DNA of 25,607 nt from a virus (taxonomy: Duplodnaviria; Caudoviricetes): positions 1 through 25,607 of IMG/VR virus record IMGVR_UViG_3300002301_000060. One strand, 5' to 3'. Both the position numbers and the translations under genes were made by a program. The stretch's first letter is position 1, and each line of letters starts with the position of its first letter. The notes below the pieces were generated by a model. The model worked only from the letters and a program-made list of their open reading frames with translations, was not told where the DNA came from and did not search any database. Shown in pieces: positions 1 to 6,848 of the stretch.

Positions 1-222
1 TTCTTTTACTGGATGGGATTCCAAATACTTAATCTGCTCATTAGCGTGATACAAGCCTGATTTAAGATTATCATTTTGCGTTGCCATCAAGTTATATTGC
101 CGTTTCCAATAAGTAGCGTTTTTAACTGGCTCACCACCATCATTGAGTTCTTTTACTGGATGGGTGCAATTACATTGATTGGGAATCCTATGGCAATATT
201 TACAAAAAATATTTTGGCTCAT
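1..222 (-). CDS. Small accessory protein, runs off the window edge; CxxC-x5-CxC and two HPVKE motifs
   Basis: Not in ORF track. Hand translation from ATG 222: MSQNIFCKYCHRIPNQCNCTHPVKELNDGGEPVKNATYWKRQYNLMATQNDNLKSGLYHANEQIKYLESHPVKE, no stop. ATGA overlap with 219..401. Confidence 0.75.
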   Translation of the reverse strand, partial: MSQNIFCKYCHRIPNQCNCTHPVKELNDGGEPVKNATYWKRQYNLMATQNDNLKSGLYHANEQIKYLESHPVKE

Positions 223-401
223 TTCTCTTGTGCCTCTTTAATATCTTCTTGCAAACCCATGCGGAACATTTCTTCAGCAGTTCCAACTGCAACCATAATC
301 ATTGCTCTTAGCTTATTCATTTCTTCCAAAGTTAAAAAAGCAATCCCAGCACTTATTCCAAAATCCCATTGACCATTTTTATCTTTGTGTATGCTTATCA
401 T
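219..401 (-). CDS. Hypothetical phage protein (60 aa)
   Basis: ATGA overlaps with both neighbours; ends IKEAQEK. Confidence 0.7.
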   Translation of the reverse strand: MISIHKDKNGQWDFGISAGIAFLTLEEMNKLRAMIMVAVGTAEEMFRMGLQEDIKEAQEK

Positions 402-751
402 TTCTCACTTGCCTTTCTTAGTATTGCTAAAGCATCTGAAGCAATCTGTCGCATTACATAAACTGTATCTTTGTAATTAGTAGATTCCCCAGCAATTTCA
501 CCAGTAGCTATTTGTTCTAGGGCTTCTTTGTATGACTTTAAGACCGCACCCTTTACAAATATTTCCGTTTCTAAAAGTTCTACATTTTCTGCGCCCAATA
601 AAATTGCTTGTGCGTTATATCCCGCTTGCAATAAAGCACATTGCTTTTTTAACGCCTCGATTTCAGCTTGTTTCTGGCGTAGCATTTCATTAAGTCTTAA
701 AATTACCAACTTAGCACCTTCTAAATCTTCAGCTAGTTCATTTGCGTTCAT
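398..751 (-). CDS. Hypothetical coiled-coil phage protein (about 117 aa)
   Basis: Track ORF 398..775; start moved to ATG 751 (MNANELAED), which overlaps the stop of 748..1494 as ATGA. Contains MLRQKQAEIEALK, ends ILRKASEK. Confidence 0.75.
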   Translation of the reverse strand: MNANELAEDLEGAKLVILRLNEMLRQKQAEIEALKKQCALLQAGYNAQAILLGAENVELLETEIFVKGAVLKSYKEALEQIATGEIAGESTNYKDTVYVMRQIASDALAILRKASEK

Positions 752-1494
752 AGATATTCCTCTGCCAATGCCCAAAGACGCTCATTAATCTGAACTAACG
801 GGGTGGCTCCAGTAATACCACGTGAGGTCATCTGCCGACCCTTTTTTGTGCGGTAGGTGATTCCACCTTTAACTAGGTTCTCTTGAACTCGGTTTAACAC
901 CTTCCAGAGTTCTCCACCTGAATCCTCCTCCCTACGTGAATTGAGTAGGTCACCTGCGCGCATGTTTGAGCCGACAACTTTGAGGGCAATCTCGTTTGCA
1001 TCAAGAGCGAAGTCGTACATGCGGTTACCAGTGAGGATCTTCCTTTGAAACTTCTCAATCCTTTGCGCGGCGAGTTGGGCTGCGGCAATGACCTTTTGGC
1101 TCTCTTGAATTACGGCTTCCTCAGTCACGTCAACATGGCGCAAGCGGGAGCTATAAATATCAGCAGACTTAACAATTAATCCATTCCCGCAAATCATACG
1201 GAACAGTGCAGCGTCCATGCGTAATGAAGTTGAGCCATCGTTTGAATTGACGACTAACACTTCAGGGATTGTACCGTTGATTTCATTGCTGAGGTCTTTG
1301 TGCCGCAGGCGAATAAAATGTTGAACAATACGGGGATCCCTGACGCGCGGCTTCATAGAGTGTACCTGCGTAACTATAAAGTCATGCTCAGTCATAATGT
1401 CAATGACGTCAGTGGTATGAATGACTTGATACTTATTTGAAAGACCCTCGGATTGCAAAGGATCTCGGGCTGCTACGGGCAGTTCTAATGTCAT
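748..1494 (-). CDS. DUF932/DUF945-like protein
   Basis: Family-like motifs Y..I.T..VI, NSNDGSTS..FRMICGNG, LWKVLNRVQENLVKGG, INERLWALAE; SD AAGGA upstream. Confidence 0.85.
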   Translation of the reverse strand: MTLELPVAARDPLQSEGLSNKYQVIHTTDVIDIMTEHDFIVTQVHSMKPRVRDPRIVQHFIRLRHKDLSNEINGTIPEVLVVNSNDGSTSLRMDAALFRMICGNGLIVKSADIYSSRLRHVDVTEEAVIQESQKVIAAAQLAAQRIEKFQRKILTGNRMYDFALDANEIALKVVGSNMRAGDLLNSRREEDSGGELWKVLNRVQENLVKGGITYRTKKGRQMTSRGITGATPLVQINERLWALAEEYL

Positions 1495-1536
1495 TGTATT
1501 TCCTTTATTTAAGCGGTTATAAGGTGAAGCAGTTGA

Positions 1537-1548
1537 AATTATAGCTCA
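1537..1548 (-). promoter_or_regulatory. Putative promoter -10 motif TGAGCTATAATT for the leftward operon
   Basis: Exact copy of the motif at 6810 and 14873; about 43 nt upstream of the DUF932-like start. Confidence 0.65.
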
Positions 1549-1608
1549 GATTGCTTCAGGGAGGCAAGGAGTTTTTACCAGTGAAAACCCTCATAAATTA
1601 AAATCAAC

Positions 1609-1614
1609 TATAAT
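1609..1614 (+). promoter_or_regulatory. Putative -10 box (TATAAT) for the primase gene
   Basis: CAACTATAATT, a variant of the recurrent motif; predicted +1 near 1620 coincides with the start of the structured leader. Confidence 0.55.
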
Positions 1615-1619
1615 TACTC

Positions 1620-1734
1620 ATGTCGGCAACTTAACTTACTTTAGTTCTACCCACTCCTCCTCGCAGAGTTGACCGACATCATTAGGGAATCACGGATTCC
1701 TAGAGTGGGTAGACCTAAAGTGAGTTTGGTTTTT
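1620..1734 (+). ncRNA. Putative structured cis-regulatory leader RNA upstream of the primase gene
   Basis: Helix A 1620-1631/1667-1679; helix B 1633-1656/1703-1726 (24 positions, 1 mismatch, 1 G-U); inner hairpin 1686-1700; T-rich tail follows. Confidence 0.55.
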
Positions 1735-1757
1735 ATAAACTTAATGCGAGATATTTA

Positions 1758-3839
1758 ATGGCTAACAGATTTGGATTTAACCTCGGGGATTACAATACCG
1801 AGGATATAAAGAGTAACGATAACTTCAAACATATAGTACCTGAACGCATGCGCAATGCAAAGCGTTGGTTACTTTGGCGCAGTGAGAAGGACAAAGGTAA
1901 TAACCGCTCCCGTAAGGTTCCGTATTATGCTGACGGAACATTCAGACGCGGCACTCTTGATACCCCTGATGATTTAGAAAGATTAACGTCGTATGACGTC
2001 GCAGTGGCAAAGCTCGGTGAGGGTGACTTCACTGGCTTAGGCTTTGCGTTGGGGCGGGACGGTGACGGATACTGGCAGGGAATTGACCTAGACAATATCA
2101 AAGAACACAAGAACGACTCACTAGCGGAAAGACTTCCAGGATACGTAGAAATGAGTCCGAGCGGTAACGGGGTGCATGCGATTGGTTACGGTGAATACTT
2201 CCGTGGAAAGAATAGAAGTGGGGAGCAAGGCTGGGAGTATTACTCCCGCGCTAAGTACTTTACCTTTACGGGTAATGTATTCCGTGACGGAGAGATAACT
2301 GACCTTAAGCCCTTCATCAAAAGAAACATAGACCGCGATCTCTCAGATGATGAGACTGAAAGCAGGGGTGGATTAGGGCAATTGATTTTGAGCCAATCTC
2401 AAATAGAAGATATTGAACGCGCCCTCAAGTTCATTAACCCTGATTGCCCGCGTGACACTTGGCTGCAGATTGGCTTCTCCCTTGCCCGAGTTCCTGAGGG
2501 ATTCAGGTTGTTTTACGAATGGTCTAAGCGTTCGTTAGGGGTTCATCATGCTATTGCTAGTGATGCCGACATTGAGGATCAATGGAATGATGTATACGCA
2601 AACTCTCGTGGGGAGATTAGCCTCGGGACGTTATACCATTATGCTGCAAAGAACCCCGACTTTGAGTATACTGAGATCAGTCAGGAAGTAAAAGAAATTG
2701 CTTCAACGGAGAATGATCCGTTAATCATAGACGTTGAGCAATGGTCAGGTGCACCAATTACTCCTGACTGGGTGATTAATGAGTTTATTGGCGAGGGTGT
2801 GCGCGTTATTTCAGGTGCCACGGGTAAAGGTAAGACGTCTATCATTGCTCCACTTTGCGCCAACGTAGCGCATCTTTTAGAATATAACTTCCTCACTCCG
2901 CGTCATCGTCGTGTTGTTTTCTATTTTACTGAGGATACGAATCAATTGAATAGAATGATCATGGGGATGAAGAAACATCAAAGCAAGGAGTTTGAAACCC
3001 CCGAGGAGAAAGAGGCAGAATGGCGTCATTACTTTCAAATCAAATTGACAAAGCGGTATAAAGTCAACCAGATTAAAAAACTAGCCGAGGCAGTAAGGGA
3101 ACACACGAATGAGCAGGACGGAAAGATTATTCAACCCCTCGTAGTGTTTGATACTCAAGCGGCAAGCCTTGACGTTGAAGACGAGAATAACAACGCAGAA
3201 TTGTCTAAGTTCATTAGTGCTATAAAACTTTACTTCTGGGAGTCTAACCGTATTCCCGTTTGGATTGTGACGCACATTACAAAGATGAGTGCGGAGAATG
3301 ATGATTACTCCAGTTTGACCTCGCGTGGTGCTGGCTCGGTCGCGGCGGACTGTCACGGAACAATGGGTATTGTACACCCAAAAGACTTTACGGGCAGGAT
3401 ACTAGGGAATATCAAGGATAGAGACGGAGCGAGTAGGAAGGAGATACGTGCCGAAATAACACAACACGTAACTGATGCCCTTACACCTTACGGCGAGCCT
3501 GATACCCTCTCGTATTACACAACGGAATACTTTGAGTCTGACCCCAATGACCGTGCGGTAATTAAAGCGGAAGCCGCCAATGATCAACTCATGCGTAAGG
3601 TTTATGCCGCCATTCATGAATTAGAGCAACAGAAATTAGTCGTCACGCTTGAATTGTTAGCTAATCAAAAGCTCGGGGGACACAGGGATAAGATTAAGTC
3701 GGTTCTGATTGACCTTGAAAAGATGGGGAGAATCTACCAGACCAACCCCGCCGACCTCACAAAAGAGCAACGTAAAGATTTAAACTTGAGCAACCGCGCT
3801 GGCTTGTTTTATAAAATATTAGGGACTTACATTGGATAA
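1758..3839 (+). CDS. Primase-polymerase (AEP) + PriCT-2 + AAA_25/RepA-like helicase fusion
   Basis: KVPY, GIDLD, EMSPSGNGVH, YFTFTGN (prim-pol); RDTWLQIGFSL..FYEWSK..SLGTLYHYA (PriCT-2); Walker A GATGKGKTS, Walker B LVVFDT, IVTH..K, SRGAGS. Confidence 0.88.
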   Translation: MANRFGFNLGDYNTEDIKSNDNFKHIVPERMRNAKRWLLWRSEKDKGNNRSRKVPYYADGTFRRGTLDTPDDLERLTSYDVAVAKLGEGDFTGLGFALGRDGDGYWQGIDLDNIKEHKNDSLAERLPGYVEMSPSGNGVHAIGYGEYFRGKNRSGEQGWEYYSRAKYFTFTGNVFRDGEITDLKPFIKRNIDRDLSDDETESRGGLGQLILSQSQIEDIERALKFINPDCPRDTWLQIGFSLARVPEGFRLFYEWSKRSLGVHHAIASDADIEDQWNDVYANSRGEISLGTLYHYAAKNPDFEYTEISQEVKEIASTENDPLIIDVEQWSGAPITPDWVINEFIGEGVRVISGATGKGKTSIIAPLCANVAHLLEYNFLTPRHRRVVFYFTEDTNQLNRMIMGMKKHQSKEFETPEEKEAEWRHYFQIKLTKRYKVNQIKKLAEAVREHTNEQDGKIIQPLVVFDTQAASLDVEDENNNAELSKFISAIKLYFWESNRIPVWIVTHITKMSAENDDYSSLTSRGAGSVAADCHGTMGIVHPKDFTGRILGNIKDRDGASRKEIRAEITQHVTDALTPYGEPDTLSYYTTEYFESDPNDRAVIKAEAANDQLMRKVYAAIHELEQQKLVVTLELLANQKLGGHRDKIKSVLIDLEKMGRIYQTNPADLTKEQRKDLNLSNRAGLFYKILGTYIG

Positions 3840-3843
3840 TTCA

Positions 3844-4085
3844 ATCCGTCTGAGTAAATTCGCTATCCGTCTGATAGGTTTTTCTAACCGTCTGAACAGA
3901 GACGGTTTGAAAAGCTATAAGGTATTAGCGTTGGAGTGCCTAACCGTCTGGAAAAAGTCTATCCGTCTGAGCGGAGACGGTTTGAATGACCTGTTACGAA
4001 CCGACGTATTAGTGGGGGTATCCAACCCCCTAATAGTCATAGGTGAGTCCTATCCGTCTCGTCTCTTTTCTCTATAGAGACGGTT
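3844..4085. repeat. Iteron-like CCGTCT repeat cluster; putative replication origin
   Basis: Six forward copies (3844, 3863, 3884, 3940, 3959, 4050) and three inverted AGACGG copies (3900, 3975, 4078), directly after the primase-helicase gene. Confidence 0.7.
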
Positions 4086-4112
4086 CGGATTGAAATTGAG
4101 GAGGAATAAATA

Positions 4113-4337
4113 ATGGAAATTACTTTGAGTGCTGCGGAATTGTTTCTTTTGAGCTGGGCAGTTTTTGCGACTGTTGCGGCGGGGTATTTATTTTTTGAAG
4201 TCAAGAAGTTGGCGTTTATGTTGCTGGCGATTAGCTTGACCTTGCGTGACATTGGTGAAGGGAAAGCCACTGCGGAAATGAAGGACGGCATGCTGAATAT
4301 TAAGCGTATTTTGCCTTTGAGTAAAAATGAGCGATAA
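4113..4337 (+). CDS. Small membrane protein (74 aa)
   Basis: Strong SD GAGGAGG; hydrophobic N-terminal segment. Confidence 0.7.
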   Translation: MEITLSAAELFLLSWAVFATVAAGYLFFEVKKLAFMLLAISLTLRDIGEGKATAEMKDGMLNIKRILPLSKNER

Positions 4338-4339
4338 TT
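4328..4339 (+). promoter_or_regulatory. Putative promoter of the packaging operon (TGAGCGATAATT)
   Basis: One mismatch to the recurrent motif; TTGCCT at 4311-4316 is a possible -35 (16-nt spacer). Confidence 0.5.
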
Positions 4340-4366
4340 CTCTTAAATCAACATTTTAGGACTCGT

Positions 4367-4696
4367 ATGACTTCTGAGACAAAGAAGCCTTCTGGCGGGC
4401 AAAAAGCCAATGAAAACGCTGCAAAGAGAGGAGCATTCGTTGCCCTCCTCCGCAGGAAGATAACTCAAGACCCGAAGAAGCTAGACCGCATAGCGGATAC
4501 CTTGTTTAAGCTAGCTGAGGAAGGTGACATGAGTGCCATCAAAGAGATTAGCGACCGCCTAGACGGTAAAGCGATTGCTGCCGTTGAGATGAGTGGACCT
4601 GACGGTGACCCAATTCAAGTAGAGCAGGCAGGAACCTTTGCAAAAGAGTTGATGGCAAAACTCCTCGCAGTCAAACAGAAAGAGGCAGACAATTGA
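4367..4696 (+). CDS. terS: Terminase small subunit
   Basis: A..GDMSAIKEISDRLDGKA and C-terminal MSGPDGDPIQ motifs; 109 aa; upstream of TerL. Confidence 0.75.
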   Translation: MTSETKKPSGGQKANENAAKRGAFVALLRRKITQDPKKLDRIADTLFKLAEEGDMSAIKEISDRLDGKAIAAVEMSGPDGDPIQVEQAGTFAKELMAKLLAVKQKEADN

Positions 4697-5079
4697 ACAA
4701 CTTTCACCCTGATGGCTTTGTGCCAATGAATCCCCCTGAGCAAAAATGGAGCGATGACGTACGCGCCCTTGAGCGCGGTATTGCCTTTTTTGAGGAGCTA
4801 CGCAGTAACGGACACACTGGCGTAGTCACCAGTGGCGCATCAGTAAAACCTAATTCTCCGTTGGGGGGAGTTTCATTAATGAACATTTCTCATCCTTTCA
4901 ATCCTGATTCACTTGAGCAAATAGAGATTGAAATTCCTGATGACTGCATAATTCGCAGTAACGCTCCACTCAATGTAAAGCAGATTGAAGACCTCTGGAC
5001 AAAGTCAGGCACAGTCTTGATTCCTGAAAAGTTTGAGAAGATTGTCCGCATGATTGAGGCTGCCCATGGCATTGTGTAA
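4693..5079 (+). CDS. Hypothetical protein ending IVRMIEAAHGIV
   Basis: TTG start overlapping terS stop, SD AGAGG upstream. Confidence 0.7.
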   Translation: MNNFHPDGFVPMNPPEQKWSDDVRALERGIAFFEELRSNGHTGVVTSGASVKPNSPLGGVSLMNISHPFNPDSLEQIEIEIPDDCIIRSNAPLNVKQIEDLWTKSGTVLIPEKFEKIVRMIEAAHGIV

Positions 5080-5104
5080 GGAGTGCGGACTGAACCCGCG
5101 CCCA

Positions 5105-5221
5105 ATGAACTTTGCCGACATCCAGGAGCTATTTGACGTGTCTTTGACTGAAGATGCCGAAGGTGCAGAGCGATTGATTCAACTCGTACGTATGATTGAA
5201 AAGTTTCATGGTATAGGATGA
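5105..5221 (+). CDS. Small protein (38 aa) ending LVRMIEKFHGIG
   Basis: Not in track. MNFADIQELFDVSLTEDAEGAERLIQLVRMIEKFHGIG; C-terminal motif shared with neighbours; ATGA overlap with next ORF. Confidence 0.7.
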   Translation: MNFADIQELFDVSLTEDAEGAERLIQLVRMIEKFHGIG

Positions 5222-5385
5222 TGACACCTGAACGTAAAGTGGAACTGGCAGCTGCCTTGTTGACTCTCAAAGAGAAACCCAATCAGCGTATTCCTTACGG
5301 AGTAGCTGAGGTTTTAATTGAGAAATATCGCCATGCCCCTTATGCTTTGATACGCGCTGTAGAAGATATTCACGGAATAGAATGA
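5218..5385 (+). CDS. Small protein (55 aa) ending LIRAVEDIHGIE
   Basis: Not in track. MMTPERKVELAAALLTLKEKPNQRIPYGVAEVLIEKYRHAPYALIRAVEDIHGIE; ATGA overlaps on both sides, including the terL start. Confidence 0.72.
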   Translation: MMTPERKVELAAALLTLKEKPNQRIPYGVAEVLIEKYRHAPYALIRAVEDIHGIE

Positions 5386-6809
5386 ACATCGCTGAGATTG
5401 TCAAGCGGGAACTCTCAAAGCCGAATCCGCTAGACCACCTACCACCTGCGCACCGTGCCGCGATGATGAAGCGCATGGCGTGGCTTGCTATCGCAGGTAA
5501 CCATCAGATTGAACCTGCGGGAGATTGGTGGAGCATATGGTTACTACTCGCGGGGCGCGGCGCAGGGAAGACCCGTACAGCCGCTGAGGAATGTTGGTGG
5601 ACTGCATGGAATGAACCGAACATTCGTTACCTTGTGTCTGCTCCTACCTCCGCTGACGTGCGGGATACCTGCTTTGAGGGTGAGTCGGGAATCCTGAACG
5701 TCATCCCGCATGAGATCATCATGCCTAACGGATATAAGTCATCGCTCAATGAGTTGACACTCATCAATGGCTCGCTAATCAAAGGTATTCCCGCTAGTGA
5801 GCCTGGACGCTTCCGTGGTCCACAGTTTCATCATGGCTGGCTGGATGAACTCGCAGCATGGGACTACCTTGATGAGTCATGGGATATGATTCAGTTCGGG
5901 ATGCGCCTTGGGCAACGTCCTAAGTTGATCTGCACAACGACCCCAAAGCCAAAGCCGCTGATTGTTGACCTCGTCGCGCGTGACGGTGATGACGTAGCGT
6001 ATGTTTCAGCGAGCACGTATGACAACATTGACAACCTCGCCCCGACGTTCAAAAAGCAGATCCTCCAATACGAGGGAACGACAATCGGTCGTCAAGAGTT
6101 ATACGCCGAGTTGATTGACCCTGAGGAGAGCGGCATCATTAAGCGTCCATGGTTCAAACTCTGGCCAGCGGGTCGCGCCCTGCCTCAGTTTACTTACGTC
6201 GTTCAATCCTACGACTGCGCCACGAGTGACAAGACCGCAAACGACCCGACTGCCTGCGTAGTCCTCGGGATCTTTAAGCCCAGCCCAGACAAGCCAATGT
6301 CAGCCATGGTGATTGACTGCTGGACTGAACACATGCAATACCCAGACTTGAGACCGAGGGTTGTTGAGGAATATGGCTCAATCTACGGTGATGATGACGA
6401 ATGGGGTAACGGAAAGAAAGTAGACCTCGTTCTGATTGAGGACAAGTCTGCGGGTATCTCATTGATTCAAGACTTACAACGTGCTGGGTTACCCGTCAGA
6501 GCTTACAATCCAGGTCAAGCCGACAAGACTCAGCGACTCAACATCGTCTCTCCAATCATTGCTCGTGGCTTAGTGTACCTGCCTGAGAGCGAAACAAAAC
6601 CTAAGACGCACCGTAGCTGGTGTGATCCCCTCGTCAATCAACTGTGTGCATTCCCTGAGGTAAGGCATGATGACCTTGTTGATGCTACCTCTCAGGCTTT
6701 GCGCTACTTACGGGATGCAGGCTTCCTCACTACTGACTGGGTTAATGATGACTCAGATATGTACGTTGATGAGACCCAACCGCGCAGAATCAACCCGTAT
6801 GCCGTTTGA
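5382..6809 (+). CDS. terL: Terminase large subunit
   Basis: Walker A AGRGAGKT, FRGPQF..WLDE Walker B, TTTPK coupling motif; nuclease motifs QSYD, IEDKSAG, HDDLVDA. Confidence 0.96.
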   Translation: MNIAEIVKRELSKPNPLDHLPPAHRAAMMKRMAWLAIAGNHQIEPAGDWWSIWLLLAGRGAGKTRTAAEECWWTAWNEPNIRYLVSAPTSADVRDTCFEGESGILNVIPHEIIMPNGYKSSLNELTLINGSLIKGIPASEPGRFRGPQFHHGWLDELAAWDYLDESWDMIQFGMRLGQRPKLICTTTPKPKPLIVDLVARDGDDVAYVSASTYDNIDNLAPTFKKQILQYEGTTIGRQELYAELIDPEESGIIKRPWFKLWPAGRALPQFTYVVQSYDCATSDKTANDPTACVVLGIFKPSPDKPMSAMVIDCWTEHMQYPDLRPRVVEEYGSIYGDDDEWGNGKKVDLVLIEDKSAGISLIQDLQRAGLPVRAYNPGQADKTQRLNIVSPIIARGLVYLPESETKPKTHRSWCDPLVNQLCAFPEVRHDDLVDATSQALRYLRDAGFLTTDWVNDDSDMYVDETQPRRINPYAV

Positions 6810-6821
6810 TGAGCTATAATT
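6810..6821 (+). promoter_or_regulatory. Putative promoter TGAGCTATAATT
   Basis: Exact motif immediately after the terL stop, 27 nt before the next start. Confidence 0.65.
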
Positions 6822-6848
6822 TGCAGAAATCAATTCAGGTCAATTCAA

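Noticed and set aside
76-1088. Plus-strand ORFs 76..372 and 528..788, and minus-strand 894..1088
   Set aside because: Shadow frames of the coupled minus-strand operon.
3832-4077. 81-aa ORF over the repeat region
   Set aside because: TTG start; repeated IRL/NRL/DGL peptides simply reflect the CCGTCT repeats. More likely non-coding.
3844-4085. Possible mini-CRISPR array
   Set aside because: Repeats are mostly 6-12 nt, irregularly spaced and in both orientations; no cas genes.
4890-5476. Minus-strand ORFs 4890..5282 and 5267..5476
   Set aside because: Antisense to coupled plus-strand ORFs with a shared motif and to terL.
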